From: Candidatus Poriferihabitaceae bacterium
GTDB taxonomy: Bacteria; Pseudomonadota; Gammaproteobacteria; Arenicellales; Poriferihabitantaceae
Direction: 5' to 3'
Assembly: GCA_965203265.1 (NCBI GenBank)
Contig: CBDBBV010000002.1
Span: 129,617-193,616 of the forward strand
Length of the DNA: 64,000 bases
Part shown: positions 42,094-51,700 of the stretch, one piece after another
How the letters are laid out: each line of letters begins with the position of its first letter
How positions within the stretch are numbered: position 1 is the first letter of the stretch
The notes under the pieces: generated by a model
Told to the model about the DNA's origin: nothing
Databases searched by the model: none
What the model saw: the letters and a program-made list of their open reading frames with translations, nothing else
Translations under genes and position numbers: made by a program

Positions 42094-43323
42094 ATGCCCC
42101 AGATAAAAAAGGCGGTGCTCGCCTACTCCGGCGGTCTCGATACCTCGATCATCTTGAAGTGGCTGCAGGAAGAATACCGCTGTGAAGTGGTCACTTTCAC
42201 CGCCGACATCGGGCAGGGCGAGGAGGTCGAGTTGGCGCGGGCCAAGGCGCGCGACTGCGGTGCCGAGGAAATCCACATTGAGGACTTGCGGGAGGAATTC
42301 GCGCGGGATTTCGTCTTCCCGATGTTGCGCGCCAATGCCGTCTATGAGGGTGAATATCTGCTCGGCACCGCCATCGCGCGCCCGCTCATCGCCCAACATC
42401 TGGTGCGCGTCGCCGAGGAGAGCGGCGCCGACGCGATCTCCCACGGCGCCACCGGCAAGGGCAATGATCAGGTTCGCTTCGAGCTCGGCGCCTACGCCCT
42501 CAACCCGGAAATCTGCGTGATCGCGCCGTGGCGGGAATGGAACCTGCGCTCGCGCCGCGACCTGATGGAATACGCCCGCGCCCACGGCATCGCCGTGGAG
42601 AAGGACAGCGCCTCGGAAAACAGCGGCGAATCCCCGTACTCCATGGACGCCAATCTGCTGCACATCTCCTACGAAGGCGGCGAGTTGGAAGATCCGTGGC
42701 ATCCGCCGGCGGAGGAAATGTGGCGCTGGACCACATCGCCGCTGACCGCGCCGGACACCCCGCAGGAAATGACCCTGACCTTCCACCGCGGCGACCTCAG
42801 CGCCATCGACGGCGCGCAAATGACTCCGGCGGAAGCCATGATCGCCCTGAACGCAGCCGGAGCGAAACACGGCATCGGTCGCGCCGACATCGTCGAAAAC
42901 CGCCACATCGGCATGAAAAATCGCGGCTGCTACGAAACCCCCGCAGGCACGATCATCAGCAAAGCCCATCGCGCCATGGAATCGCTGACTCTGGATCGAG
43001 AAGTAGCCCACCTGAAGGACGAACTGATGCCGCGCTACGCCAAACTGATCTACAACGGCTACTGGTTCAGCCCCGAACGCCGAATGCTGCAACGGATGAT
43101 CGACGCCTCCCAAGTATCGGTGAACGGCGAGGTGCGCATTCGCCTGTACAAGGGCAATGTGGAAGTGCTCGGACGACGCTCCGACGACTCGCTGTTCGAC
43201 CCGCAAGTCGTAACCTTCGAGGAAGACGCCGGCGCCTACGATCAAGCCGACGCAAGCGGCTTCATCCGCCTCAACGCCCTACGCCTGCGCCTCGCCGCGC
43301 GCCGACGGGAATCCACGAGATAG
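42094..43323 (+). CDS. argG: argininosuccinate synthase
   Basis: [14 protein letters not shown]-PPase motif and 409-aa type-I ArgG body ([13 protein letters not shown]). Confidence 0.97.
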   Translation: MPQIKKAVLAYSGGLDTSIILKWLQEEYRCEVVTFTADIGQGEEVELARAKARDCGAEEIHIEDLREEFARDFVFPMLRANAVYEGEYLLGTAIARPLIAQHLVRVAEESGADAISHGATGKGNDQVRFELGAYALNPEICVIAPWREWNLRSRRDLMEYARAHGIAVEKDSASENSGESPYSMDANLLHISYEGGELEDPWHPPAEEMWRWTTSPLTAPDTPQEMTLTFHRGDLSAIDGAQMTPAEAMIALNAAGAKHGIGRADIVENRHIGMKNRGCYETPAGTIISKAHRAMESLTLDREVAHLKDELMPRYAKLIYNGYWFSPERRMLQRMIDASQVSVNGEVRIRLYKGNVEVLGRRSDDSLFDPQVVTFEEDAGAYDQADASGFIRLNALRLRLAARRRESTR

Positions 43324-43436
43324 CGGTTTGCGTTACGCCCCTGCCATGCCCGTTACTTGGTGGGTGTCCAGCCGAATGCGCCCCTGCGCGAACGCATGAA
43401 TCGAAATAGTCGCAATCGCTTTCAGGATTTGCGGGG

Positions 43437-44183
43437 ATGGTGACGGCAGTGGAAGAAAAACCCGAAACGCCCAGTTGCTCTCAGCTCTCCATAATCGCCC
43501 CCCTCTACAACGAAGGCGACCATCCCCCCCACCTACTCGCCCATCTCCGACAACTCCCCGATTTGGCCGAAGTGGTTCTGGTGGATGCCAGCGACGAACC
43601 GGCCTCGCTCGCGGTGATCCATGCGCTTGAGCGGCAGTTGCACGGTGACCCCCTCGTCCGTCTGCTGAGATGCCCGTTACCCGGTCGGGCGCGGCAGATG
43701 AATCTCGGGGCTCGGCATTGTCGCGGTGCCGTATTGTTGTTCCTGCACTGCGACACCCGCCTGCCGTCCACGGCGGCGCGGGAGATTGCCCGCGGCATCG
43801 CCCGGAGGCGCCAATGGGGTTGGTTCGACCTGCGACTCGATGCCGCCGGCCTCGTCTATCGCCTCATTGAGCGGATGATCAGCCTGCGTGCGCGCGTTCG
43901 CCGCATCGCTACCGGCGATCAGGCGATGTTCGTGCAGCGGCGGGTGTTCGTGCAGCAGCGCGGTTTCGCCGAGATCGACCTGATGGAGGATATCGAAATG
44001 TCGTGCCGGTTGAAGCGCCTGAGCGCGCCGGCGGTTGTTCCCCAGCCGGTGTTGACCTCGGCGCGGCGGTGGCGGCAGGGCGGGGTGGTGCGCACCGTGT
44101 TGCTGATGTGGAAATTGCGATTCCTCTACTGGCTCGGTCGCAGCCCCGAGCAGCTTGCAGCGCGCTACCGCCATGTGCGCTGA
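43437..44183 (+). CDS. family-2 glycosyltransferase, resembling the rSAM/selenodomain-associated transferase 2 group
   Basis: GT2 N-terminus LSIIAPLYNE, DxD-like VDASDE, and C-terminal RRWRQGGVVRTVLLMW. The subfamily assignment (TIGR04283-like) is from memory and from the adjacent DUF2064 partner. Confidence 0.6.
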   Translation: MVTAVEEKPETPSCSQLSIIAPLYNEGDHPPHLLAHLRQLPDLAEVVLVDASDEPASLAVIHALERQLHGDPLVRLLRCPLPGRARQMNLGARHCRGAVLLFLHCDTRLPSTAAREIARGIARRRQWGWFDLRLDAAGLVYRLIERMISLRARVRRIATGDQAMFVQRRVFVQQRGFAEIDLMEDIEMSCRLKRLSAPAVVPQPVLTSARRWRQGGVVRTVLLMWKLRFLYWLGRSPEQLAARYRHVR

Positions 44184-44826
44184 ATCTGCCATTCCCATTC
44201 CCCTCTACCTCATGGCCAAGGCGCCGGTGCCGGGGCAAGTGAAGACGCGCATGGCGCCCGAGATTGGCCCCCGCCAGTCGGCAAAACTGGCGCGCTTGAT
44301 GCTGGCGCAAACCGTGGCGAACGCCTGCCGCCACTGGCGCGGCGAGGTGGCGCTGTGCGTCTGGCCGCGCCACGCTCATCCGGTTTTCGTGCAGCTGGCC
44401 GAGCGATACCGGCTGACCATCACCTCTCAGATCGACGCCGACTTGGGCAGCCGCATGATGGCGGCGTTGAAACAGGGCATCGCGCGCGCCGGGCGGGCGG
44501 CGGTGATGGGGTGCGATGTGCCTCATTGTCCCGGGGAGATTCTGGCCGGCGCCTATGCCATGCTGGCGCGCGGCGAAAATCCGGTGGGTCCGGCGGAGGA
44601 CGGCGGTTTCTACCTGATCGGCCTGAGCAATCTGAGCCGCGCCGAAAATTCCCTGTTCAACGGAATTTGCTGGGACGATCCGGCTCCATTGCAACAGGTG
44701 CGCGAGAATGCGCTGAGCGCCGGACTGCATCTTTCCGACTTGCCGCCGCTGCGTGACATTGACCGCTACGCCGACCTGCAATGGCTCGCCGGAATCGATG
44801 ACGCCTACAAACCGTTCGTCCAGTGA
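44173..44826 (+). CDS. DUF2064 family protein (rSAM/selenodomain-associated transferase 1-like)
   Basis: PLYLMAKAPVPGQVKTRMAPEIG is the characteristic DUF2064 N-terminus. Overlaps the upstream GT2 gene by 11 nt. Confidence 0.6.
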   Translation: MCAESAIPIPLYLMAKAPVPGQVKTRMAPEIGPRQSAKLARLMLAQTVANACRHWRGEVALCVWPRHAHPVFVQLAERYRLTITSQIDADLGSRMMAALKQGIARAGRAAVMGCDVPHCPGEILAGAYAMLARGENPVGPAEDGGFYLIGLSNLSRAENSLFNGICWDDPAPLQQVRENALSAGLHLSDLPPLRDIDRYADLQWLAGIDDAYKPFVQ

Positions 44827-44848
44827 AGCGCGCCCGCCCCCGCCGCCG

Positions 44849-45811
44849 ATGAAATCAGCGCCCCCCAAGAAAACCCCCGACCCGCGCTTCGAGGCGAAAT
44901 TCCTCAAGCCACGATTCTGGGGGACTTGGTGTCGCCTGTTGCTGCTGGGAGTCGCCATGTATCTGCCGCGCAAGTGGGTGATGGCCGTGGGCGGATTCCT
45001 CGGCGACCAGTTGCGGCGGCGCAACGCCAAGCGTCGGCGCATCGCCGAAATCAATCTGCGGTTATGTTTCCCGAAGTTGAGCGAGCGCCGCCGCCAACAA
45101 TTGCTGGTGGCGCATTTCCGCCAATACGGCCGCGGGTTGCTGGACATGGGGCTGGCGCTGTGGGCCTCGGCGGCGCGCGTCAACCGGCTGTGTCGGCTGG
45201 AACGCCGCCAGTGGCTACAACAGCTGGCGCGGCGCAACCGCATCATCGTCGTCTCCTACCACTTCACCACCCTCGACTTCAGCGGCAGCATCCTCGCCGG
45301 CATCCACCCGCTGGTGTCGATGATGAAGCGCGACCGCAACCCGTTGATAACATGGCAGTTGTGGGCCGGGCGCAAGCACCTCGATCAGGACAACATCATC
45401 ATGGTCATGCGCGATCAGGGCCTGCGCCCGATGGTGCGGGGGATACGCGCCGGGCACATCTGCTGTTTCGTTCCGGACGAGGATTTCGGCGAATCCAGCC
45501 ACACCGTGTTCGCGCCGTTTTTCGGCGTGCCGACTTCCACCCTGACCGTGGTCGGGCGCTTGGCCAAATTGACCGGCGCGCTGGTCGTGCCCAGCGCCAC
45601 CCGCCTCGACCCGCAAACCGGGCGCTACACCATGACCGTCGGCGACCCGCTGGAGAATTTCCCCAGCGCCGATCCGCGCGCCGACGCCACCGCCCTGAAT
45701 CGCGCTATGGAAGATCTGATTCGACAGGCGCCGGAGCAATACATGTGGACTTTTCGCTGGTTCAAGACTCGGCCCGACGGCCAACCCAACCCCTACAAAT
45801 CGCGCCGATGA
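44849..45811 (+). CDS. lpxL: lipid A biosynthesis (Kdo)2-lipid IVA acyltransferase (LpxL/HtrB family)
   Basis: FLKPRFWGTWCRLLLLGV...RRIAEINLRLCFPKLSE parallels the E. coli LpxL N-terminus. Has the lysophospholipid acyltransferase HX4D-type body. Confidence 0.8.
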   Translation: MKSAPPKKTPDPRFEAKFLKPRFWGTWCRLLLLGVAMYLPRKWVMAVGGFLGDQLRRRNAKRRRIAEINLRLCFPKLSERRRQQLLVAHFRQYGRGLLDMGLALWASAARVNRLCRLERRQWLQQLARRNRIIVVSYHFTTLDFSGSILAGIHPLVSMMKRDRNPLITWQLWAGRKHLDQDNIIMVMRDQGLRPMVRGIRAGHICCFVPDEDFGESSHTVFAPFFGVPTSTLTVVGRLAKLTGALVVPSATRLDPQTGRYTMTVGDPLENFPSADPRADATALNRAMEDLIRQAPEQYMWTFRWFKTRPDGQPNPYKSRR

Positions 45812-46827
45812 ACATCCTCGTCATCAAGCAGACCTCGCTGGGCGATGTACTCCACGCCAGCGGCCACATCCGCACCATCAAGGAAAATTTCCCCCATTGT
45901 CGCCTGACCCTGCTGACCGCCTCCGCCTCCGCCGACATCTACCGCCACAACCCCTGGGTGGACGAAATCATCCTGCTGGATCGCAGCCGAATCAAGCGCG
46001 ATTGGTGCCGCCGCCCGCTGCGCGCCGCCGCCCACATCGCCGCCGTACTCGCACAGGTGCGCGCGCGGCGTTTCGCTCTGGCCTTCGATCTGCAGGGGCT
46101 GGCCAGATCGGTGATATTCCTCTATGCCGCCCGAGCCGATGAGAAATATGTGAAGGGAAACTGGCTCGGATTGCGGAGATTTCGCAATCCGGCGTTGCAC
46201 GCCATCGCCGAAATGGACGGCGTGCTCGCCCGTGCGCGCCTCTCCCTTACCGACACCTCCATGGAATTCTTCACCGACGCAACCGAGCGCCAATACATTG
46301 ACGACCTGCTCGCGCGGCACAACCCCGACAACAAGCCCCTGCTGGTGTTCAGCCCGTTTTCCCGCTGGCCATCCAAGGACTGGCCGCTGCATCGCTACGC
46401 CGAAATCGCCGTCTCCCTGACCGCCGCCGAAGAATGCACCGTGGCCATCACCGGCGCCGTGGAGATGCGCCGCCGCATCGACGACGCCCTGCCGCCGCGC
46501 CGCCCGTCTCGCCTGCTCAATCTCGCTGGGCGCTTGTCCATCACGCAGTTTGCCGAGCTGCTGAGCCGCGCCGACCTACTGCTGAGCGGCGACAGCTTCC
46601 CCATGCACCTCGCATGCGCCGCGAAAACTCCGGTAATCGCCCTGTTCGCGCCCACGGACGAAAGCAAAACTGGCCCGGTCGGAGACGGCCACGAAGTCAT
46701 TCGTGCGCCGGATTGCGCCCATTGCGATCGCCCCGACTGCCGCCGCCGCTGCCTCGAAAAACTGCCGACCGAAGTCGTCTTCCAATCCCTGCGCCGCCGG
46801 CTGGATGCCCTGCGCTGGCCCTTCTAG
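45808..46827 (+). CDS. family-9 glycosyltransferase (LPS heptosyltransferase-like)
   Basis: MNILVIKQTSLGDVLHASGHIRTIKENFP is the typical GT9 N-terminus. ATGA overlap with the lpxL-like gene. Confidence 0.8.
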   Translation: MNILVIKQTSLGDVLHASGHIRTIKENFPHCRLTLLTASASADIYRHNPWVDEIILLDRSRIKRDWCRRPLRAAAHIAAVLAQVRARRFALAFDLQGLARSVIFLYAARADEKYVKGNWLGLRRFRNPALHAIAEMDGVLARARLSLTDTSMEFFTDATERQYIDDLLARHNPDNKPLLVFSPFSRWPSKDWPLHRYAEIAVSLTAAEECTVAITGAVEMRRRIDDALPPRRPSRLLNLAGRLSITQFAELLSRADLLLSGDSFPMHLACAAKTPVIALFAPTDESKTGPVGDGHEVIRAPDCAHCDRPDCRRRCLEKLPTEVVFQSLRRRLDALRWPF

Positions 46828-47771
46828 GCCGCCGACTCCGACTCGATCATCATCCGATCGAATTCCGCCTGAGATTCCTCCGCCTCGCGCAACAGCCATT
46901 CGCGAAATGCGGCGATCTGCGGCTCGCTCTGCCGCCCCGGCGCGCACACGAAGAAATAGGACACATTCGAGCGGCACATCACCTCGGGAAACAGGCGCAC
47001 CAGCCGCCCGGCATTGAGATCGTCCAATACATGGGCACTGCGCGCCAGCGCGACTCCTTGATGGTCGATGGCGGCCTGCACCGCCAGACTGGTTTGCGGA
47101 AACTGGGTGCCCTTGGGCATCCTGCGCACGCCCACACCGGCGTCGCGGAACCAATCGCGCCAGCGCGGGCAAATATCCACGGCGCTCCGCCGCAACAGCG
47201 GTAGCCGAAGCAGTCCGGCGGGTTTTTCCGGTAGCGGATGCGTTTTCAGGAATTGCGGGCTGCACACCGGAAAGACATATTCGGTCAGCAACAGCTCCTC
47301 GTGCAGGCCGAGCCAGTTGCCGTAGCCCAGGCGGATGCCCACATCGGCGTTTTCCGCATCGAAATCCACCAGATCGTCCGAAGTCGAAATCCACACATCG
47401 ATTTCCGGATAATCCTGATTGAAGTGGCCGAGGCGGTGCACCAGCCACTTGAAGGCGAAGGACTGCAACAGGGTTACCCGCAGGGCGGTTGGCGCCTCGT
47501 TTTTCTCGCCGAGGTCCTCCAGCGTCAGGGTAATGCGGCGGAGGAAATCCCGAATCACCGGCACCAACGCATGGCCGGCCTCGGTGAGAATCAGCCGCCG
47601 CCCGCGCTTCTCGAACAACTTCAGCCCCCACAGCGCCTCGGCATGCTTGATCTGGTGGCTGATCGCGCTCTGCGTGACGAACAATTCCTCGGCGGCGCGG
47701 GTGAAACTCAAGTGCCGGGCGGCGGATTCGAGGGCGCGCAGGGAGGAGATGGGCGGGAAGCGAGTGGCCAT
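46824..47771 (-). CDS. LysR-family transcriptional regulator (GcvA-like)
   Basis: N-terminal HTH LRALESAARHLSFTRAAEELFVTQSAISHQIK plus a LysR substrate-binding domain. Confidence 0.9.
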   Translation of the reverse strand: MATRFPPISSLRALESAARHLSFTRAAEELFVTQSAISHQIKHAEALWGLKLFEKRGRRLILTEAGHALVPVIRDFLRRITLTLEDLGEKNEAPTALRVTLLQSFAFKWLVHRLGHFNQDYPEIDVWISTSDDLVDFDAENADVGIRLGYGNWLGLHEELLLTEYVFPVCSPQFLKTHPLPEKPAGLLRLPLLRRSAVDICPRWRDWFRDAGVGVRRMPKGTQFPQTSLAVQAAIDHQGVALARSAHVLDDLNAGRLVRLFPEVMCRSNVSYFFVCAPGRQSEPQIAAFREWLLREAEESQAEFDRMMIESESAA

Positions 47772-47901
47772 TTCGGATACATGAATAAAACCTCATGGAT
47801 ATTATGAACATAATTCGTTTGTTTTCAAGGCTTCCAATCCCTATATTTGCCCCACTCGCTGATGAACAGCACGACTTTCAACCGCAACCCTGTCGGAGGG
47901 C

Positions 47902-47994
47902 ATGAAAATGGCAAACGATGTATGGATCAAAGTAGGCGGCGCTTACATTGGCGCCATCGCAATCCTGACGGCAATTATGACCGTCATCAGCTAG
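47902..47994 (+). CDS. 30-aa hydrophobic peptide (single predicted TM)
   Basis: GGAGGG SD 3-4 nt upstream of the ATG. Translation MKMANDVWIKVGGAYIGAIAILTAIMTVIS. Its stop is embedded in the AGGAG SD of the next gene. Confidence 0.45.
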   Translation: MKMANDVWIKVGGAYIGAIAILTAIMTVIS

Positions 47995-48004
47995 GAGAAC
48001 GAAC

Positions 48005-48292
48005 ATGAACGCAACTGTACCAGCAAACGGCGCAACCATCGCATGCGCCACTTTCCGTCCCGCCCCGCTTACTCGGGCATGGGCGGCGCTCACAGTCTGG
48101 CGCAACCGTCGCGCCGCCGTGCGCGCCTTGCGCGCGCTGCCCGACGAACTGCTGCGCGACATCGGCATCGAGCGCCACCAGATTCGAGACGCGGTATACA
48201 ACTTCCGCGCCCAGCCGGCAAGACTGGATCGACTCGACCGGCAACCAGTCGGCGAAATCATCCGCGCGACCGAGGCCAGAAAAGCGGCCTGA
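48005..48292 (+). CDS. DUF1127 domain protein
   Basis: WRNRRAAVRALRALPDELLRDIGIERHQI fits the DUF1127 (YjiS-like) signature. AGGAG SD upstream. Confidence 0.7.
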   Translation: MNATVPANGATIACATFRPAPLTRAWAALTVWRNRRAAVRALRALPDELLRDIGIERHQIRDAVYNFRAQPARLDRLDRQPVGEIIRATEARKAA

Positions 48293-48316
48293 CCAATTAT
48301 TCCTCCGTGGTGTTTT

Positions 48317-48343
48317 AGGCGATCGTCAGATCGCCTTTTTTTT
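48317..48343 (+). terminator. rho-independent terminator after the DUF1127 gene
   Basis: AGGCGATC-GTCA-GATCGCCT perfect 8-bp stem followed by a T8 run. Confidence 0.85.
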
Positions 48344-48461
48344 GGCCCCGCAGCCCGCCCGCCCAGCGATTTCGCGGCCCCCAACCGCCCGAAATTCCCC
48401 CAACCGGCGCGCTCCATCGCCGAAATCACCCGAAATTCGCAACGGGGCGACCTCAAGGGTA

Positions 48462-48489
48462 TTGCCAACCGCCGAAAAGAGATTATAAT
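48462..48489 (+). promoter_or_regulatory. candidate sigma70 promoter of the autotransporter locus (TTGCCA-N16-TATAAT)
   Basis: -35 TTGCCA at 48462-48467, 16-nt spacer, consensus -10 TATAAT at 48484-48489. About 60 nt upstream of ATG 48549. Confidence 0.55.
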
Positions 48490-48615
48490 GCCCGCCATCG
48501 GCCGCTCGCCGGCCCAAATACCTACCTATCTACCGCGAGGACAGCACCATGAAACGCCATACTCAAATCGGTCATACTCAAATCGCTCAAGTCTCAAGCG
48601 TACAAGTGAACACTG

Positions 48616-48652
<37 letters not shown>

Positions 48653-48747
48653 TATCCGGATATGAATCCAACGGGCGGGCGCTAACCCCCTGCCGATCTG
48701 CCTCCCGTCCAATCCCCTCGCCGAGCGCGGCCAGCCGCCTTGCTCTA

Positions 48748-51700
48748 TTGCTCGGCGCGCTTGCCCTGTTTGCCGTTGCGCCGTTGCAGGCGCAGGCGCC
48801 GCCGGTGCCGGCCAATATACTGCTCACCACGGGCAACGCGCAATTCACCGTAAACTGGGACGCATCCCCCGGCGCCGGTACTTATGTCATCCGATACGAT
48901 GACAGCACCGGCGAAAGCATCAACCGATTGAAAGCCGCTGTCTTTGTAAGACCCGGCACGGTTACCAGTAGGACGATCGTGACCAACTCCAGCCTGACCA
49001 TTACCAACGGCACAACCTACCGAGTGCGCATTCGGGCGTGTGCGGGTCAAGCCACCAGCGGCACGGGCTGTAGCGCGTTCAGCGCGGTTCAGACCGTTGT
49101 CCCGACGGCGACTCCGCAGCTGAGCTTCGCCACGAACACCTACAGCGTGAACGAGGGCGAAAGCGTTACGGTGACTGTGCGCATTTCGCCGCGATTGACC
49201 TCGGCCAGTAGCGTTTCGGTTGCAATAGGCATAACCCCCGACCACTTCACCCTGAGTGGAGTGAGCGGGCAGCCACCCCTCTATGGGCTGGTGCTGCCGG
49301 CCAACGCCGATAGCGCGACCTTCACCTTTACCGCGGTGACGGACCAAGTAATAGAAGGAGAACAACTCTATCAATTCCTACTACTTTCCATCGGAAGTGC
49401 ACCACCATATGGTATAGCGACGAACGCCCGTACTACGACAGTAACCATCGTAGACACCACCGTCCGCAAGATACGCTTCGCCGAGACCGCCTACAGCGTG
49501 GTCGAGGGCGACAGCATTACCCTGACGGTAACCATCGTGCCGCAACTGACCACGGCCAGTTTCGCGACGGCTCTCTACGGCTCATCCTCGTCGGCCGACT
49601 GCGAGGACGACTTCTCACTGAGCGGGGTGACCGGCAGCTGCGAGGGCGAGCTGTGGGATTTTTCCCTACCGGCCAACGCCGACAGCACCACCATCACACT
49701 CGCCGCCACCGCCGACTCGCTCGCCGAGGGGGACGAAACCGCGATATTCACCCTACGGAAAGTAGGCGGTGAGCCCTACACAGTGCCGAGTTCGAGCAAC
49801 GAAGCGACCGTAACCATCGCCACCCCGCAAGTGAGTTTCGCCGAGACCGTCTACAGCGTGCACGAGGGCAACAGCATTACCCTGACTGTGGGCATTTCGC
49901 CGCAACTGGTCTCGGCCAGCAGCGTGCGGATTGGCTATCTCGCGGCCTCAACGGCCGACGTCGTAAACGACTTCACGCTGAGTGGGGTGAGCGGCTCCGG
50001 CGGGCTATGGACTCTGACCCTACCGGCCAACGCTGACACCGCCACCTTCACACTCGCCGCCACCGCCAATTCGCCAACCGAGGGCAACGAGAGCGCGATA
50101 TTCGGGCTGACCCCCATCGATTCCGCGCCCTACGCAATCGCGTCCGCGGGGGAGCTGACCACGGTAACCATCACCGACACCTCGCAGGTGCGTTTCGCCG
50201 CCGCCGACTACAGCGTTGCCGAGGGTGCCGAAGTTACCCTGACCGTGGGCATCGCGCCGCAACTGACCACGGCCAGCAGCGTGCGGCTCACCTACGGCGC
50301 ATCCTCATCGGCGGATAGCGCGGACGACTTCACACTGAACGGCGTGAGCGGTTCCGGCGGTTCTTGGTCGTTGACTCTGCCGGCCAATGCCGACACCGCC
50401 ACCATCACACTCGCCGCCACCACGGATCCGACTCCGGAGGGGAACGAAATCGCCATATTCAATCTGGTCGCAATCGCCTCTCCGCCCTACTCGGTGGCGG
50501 TGGACGCCGGTGAAACGCGGGTAACCATCGGCAACGAGATAACCCCCGGACTGACCCTGACGGCCACGCCCAATCCGGTGCGCCAGGGTTCGCCGGTAAC
50601 GATAACGGCGCACCTGTCGCAGGCGCTGACCAGCCGGGTAACCATCCCCATCACCCTGACCGCAGGCACGGCAAACTCCGCCGACTACGGCCCCCTAACC
50701 GGCATCGACATCGCCCCCGGCGACAACACCGGCACAGGCACGATAACCACCACGGCGGAGACAACCTCGGACACCGGCTCCGGCGGAGGAACCTTCACAG
50801 TGATGTTGGGCACGCCACTGCCGGCCGGGATATTGGTGAGCCAGCCGAGTGAGGTGGAAATTACCATCACACTGCCCGCACCGGCCGAGCAGGTTCATCG
50901 GGCGGCACTGCCGGAAGTGGCGCGCGCCGTGGCCGACCGCGTTACCGGCGCCATTTCCGCGCGCGTGGAGCGGGTGTTGCGTGGCGGCGGCGGGGTTGGC
51001 GCGGCCAGCTTGGGCGGGCAGGGCACTTTGGCGGGGGCGTTGGTGTCCCACGCTCCGGACTTGCTGAACGACCGCCGCCCCCTGCGCGATTTGCTGGACG
51101 GCAGCCAATTCGTCTTGCCGTTGAATGGTGATGGTGGCGGCTTGCGCTCGGCATCCCTGTGGGGCAGCGGCGACTACCGCACCCTCTCCGGCGAACAAGA
51201 CGGGCTGGATTTCGACGGCAACCTGCTCGGCGCCCAACTCGGCGCGGACTCGATGGTGCGAGACGACCTGCTGGCCGGTGTGGTGCTGTCGTGGAGTCAG
51301 GGCGAGTTCGACTACGAGAACGGCGGCAGTAGCGGCAGTGGCGGTGCGGGCGACTACGAAGTCGATGTAATCAGCCTGCACCCCTATCTCGGCGGGCGCA
51401 CCGACCAACTGGACTGGTGGGCGACCACCGGCTACGGCAGCGGCGAAGTGTCCGTAAATCCGGCACGCGGCGAGGGCGCCTCCAACGATGTGATCCTGTG
51501 GACCCTAGGCGCGGGCGGCAGCGGGCAGTTGTGGTCGAACGGCAACACCGATGTGCTTTTCAAGGGAGAAATCATGCAAACCGAAATGGATCTCAAGGCG
51601 GGCGCGGGCGAGGCTTCCCTGCGAGTAGACGCCACCCTGATTCGCCTTGCGGCGCAGGCCAATCAACGCCCGCGAACGCTGGCCAACGGCGGGCAGTTGT

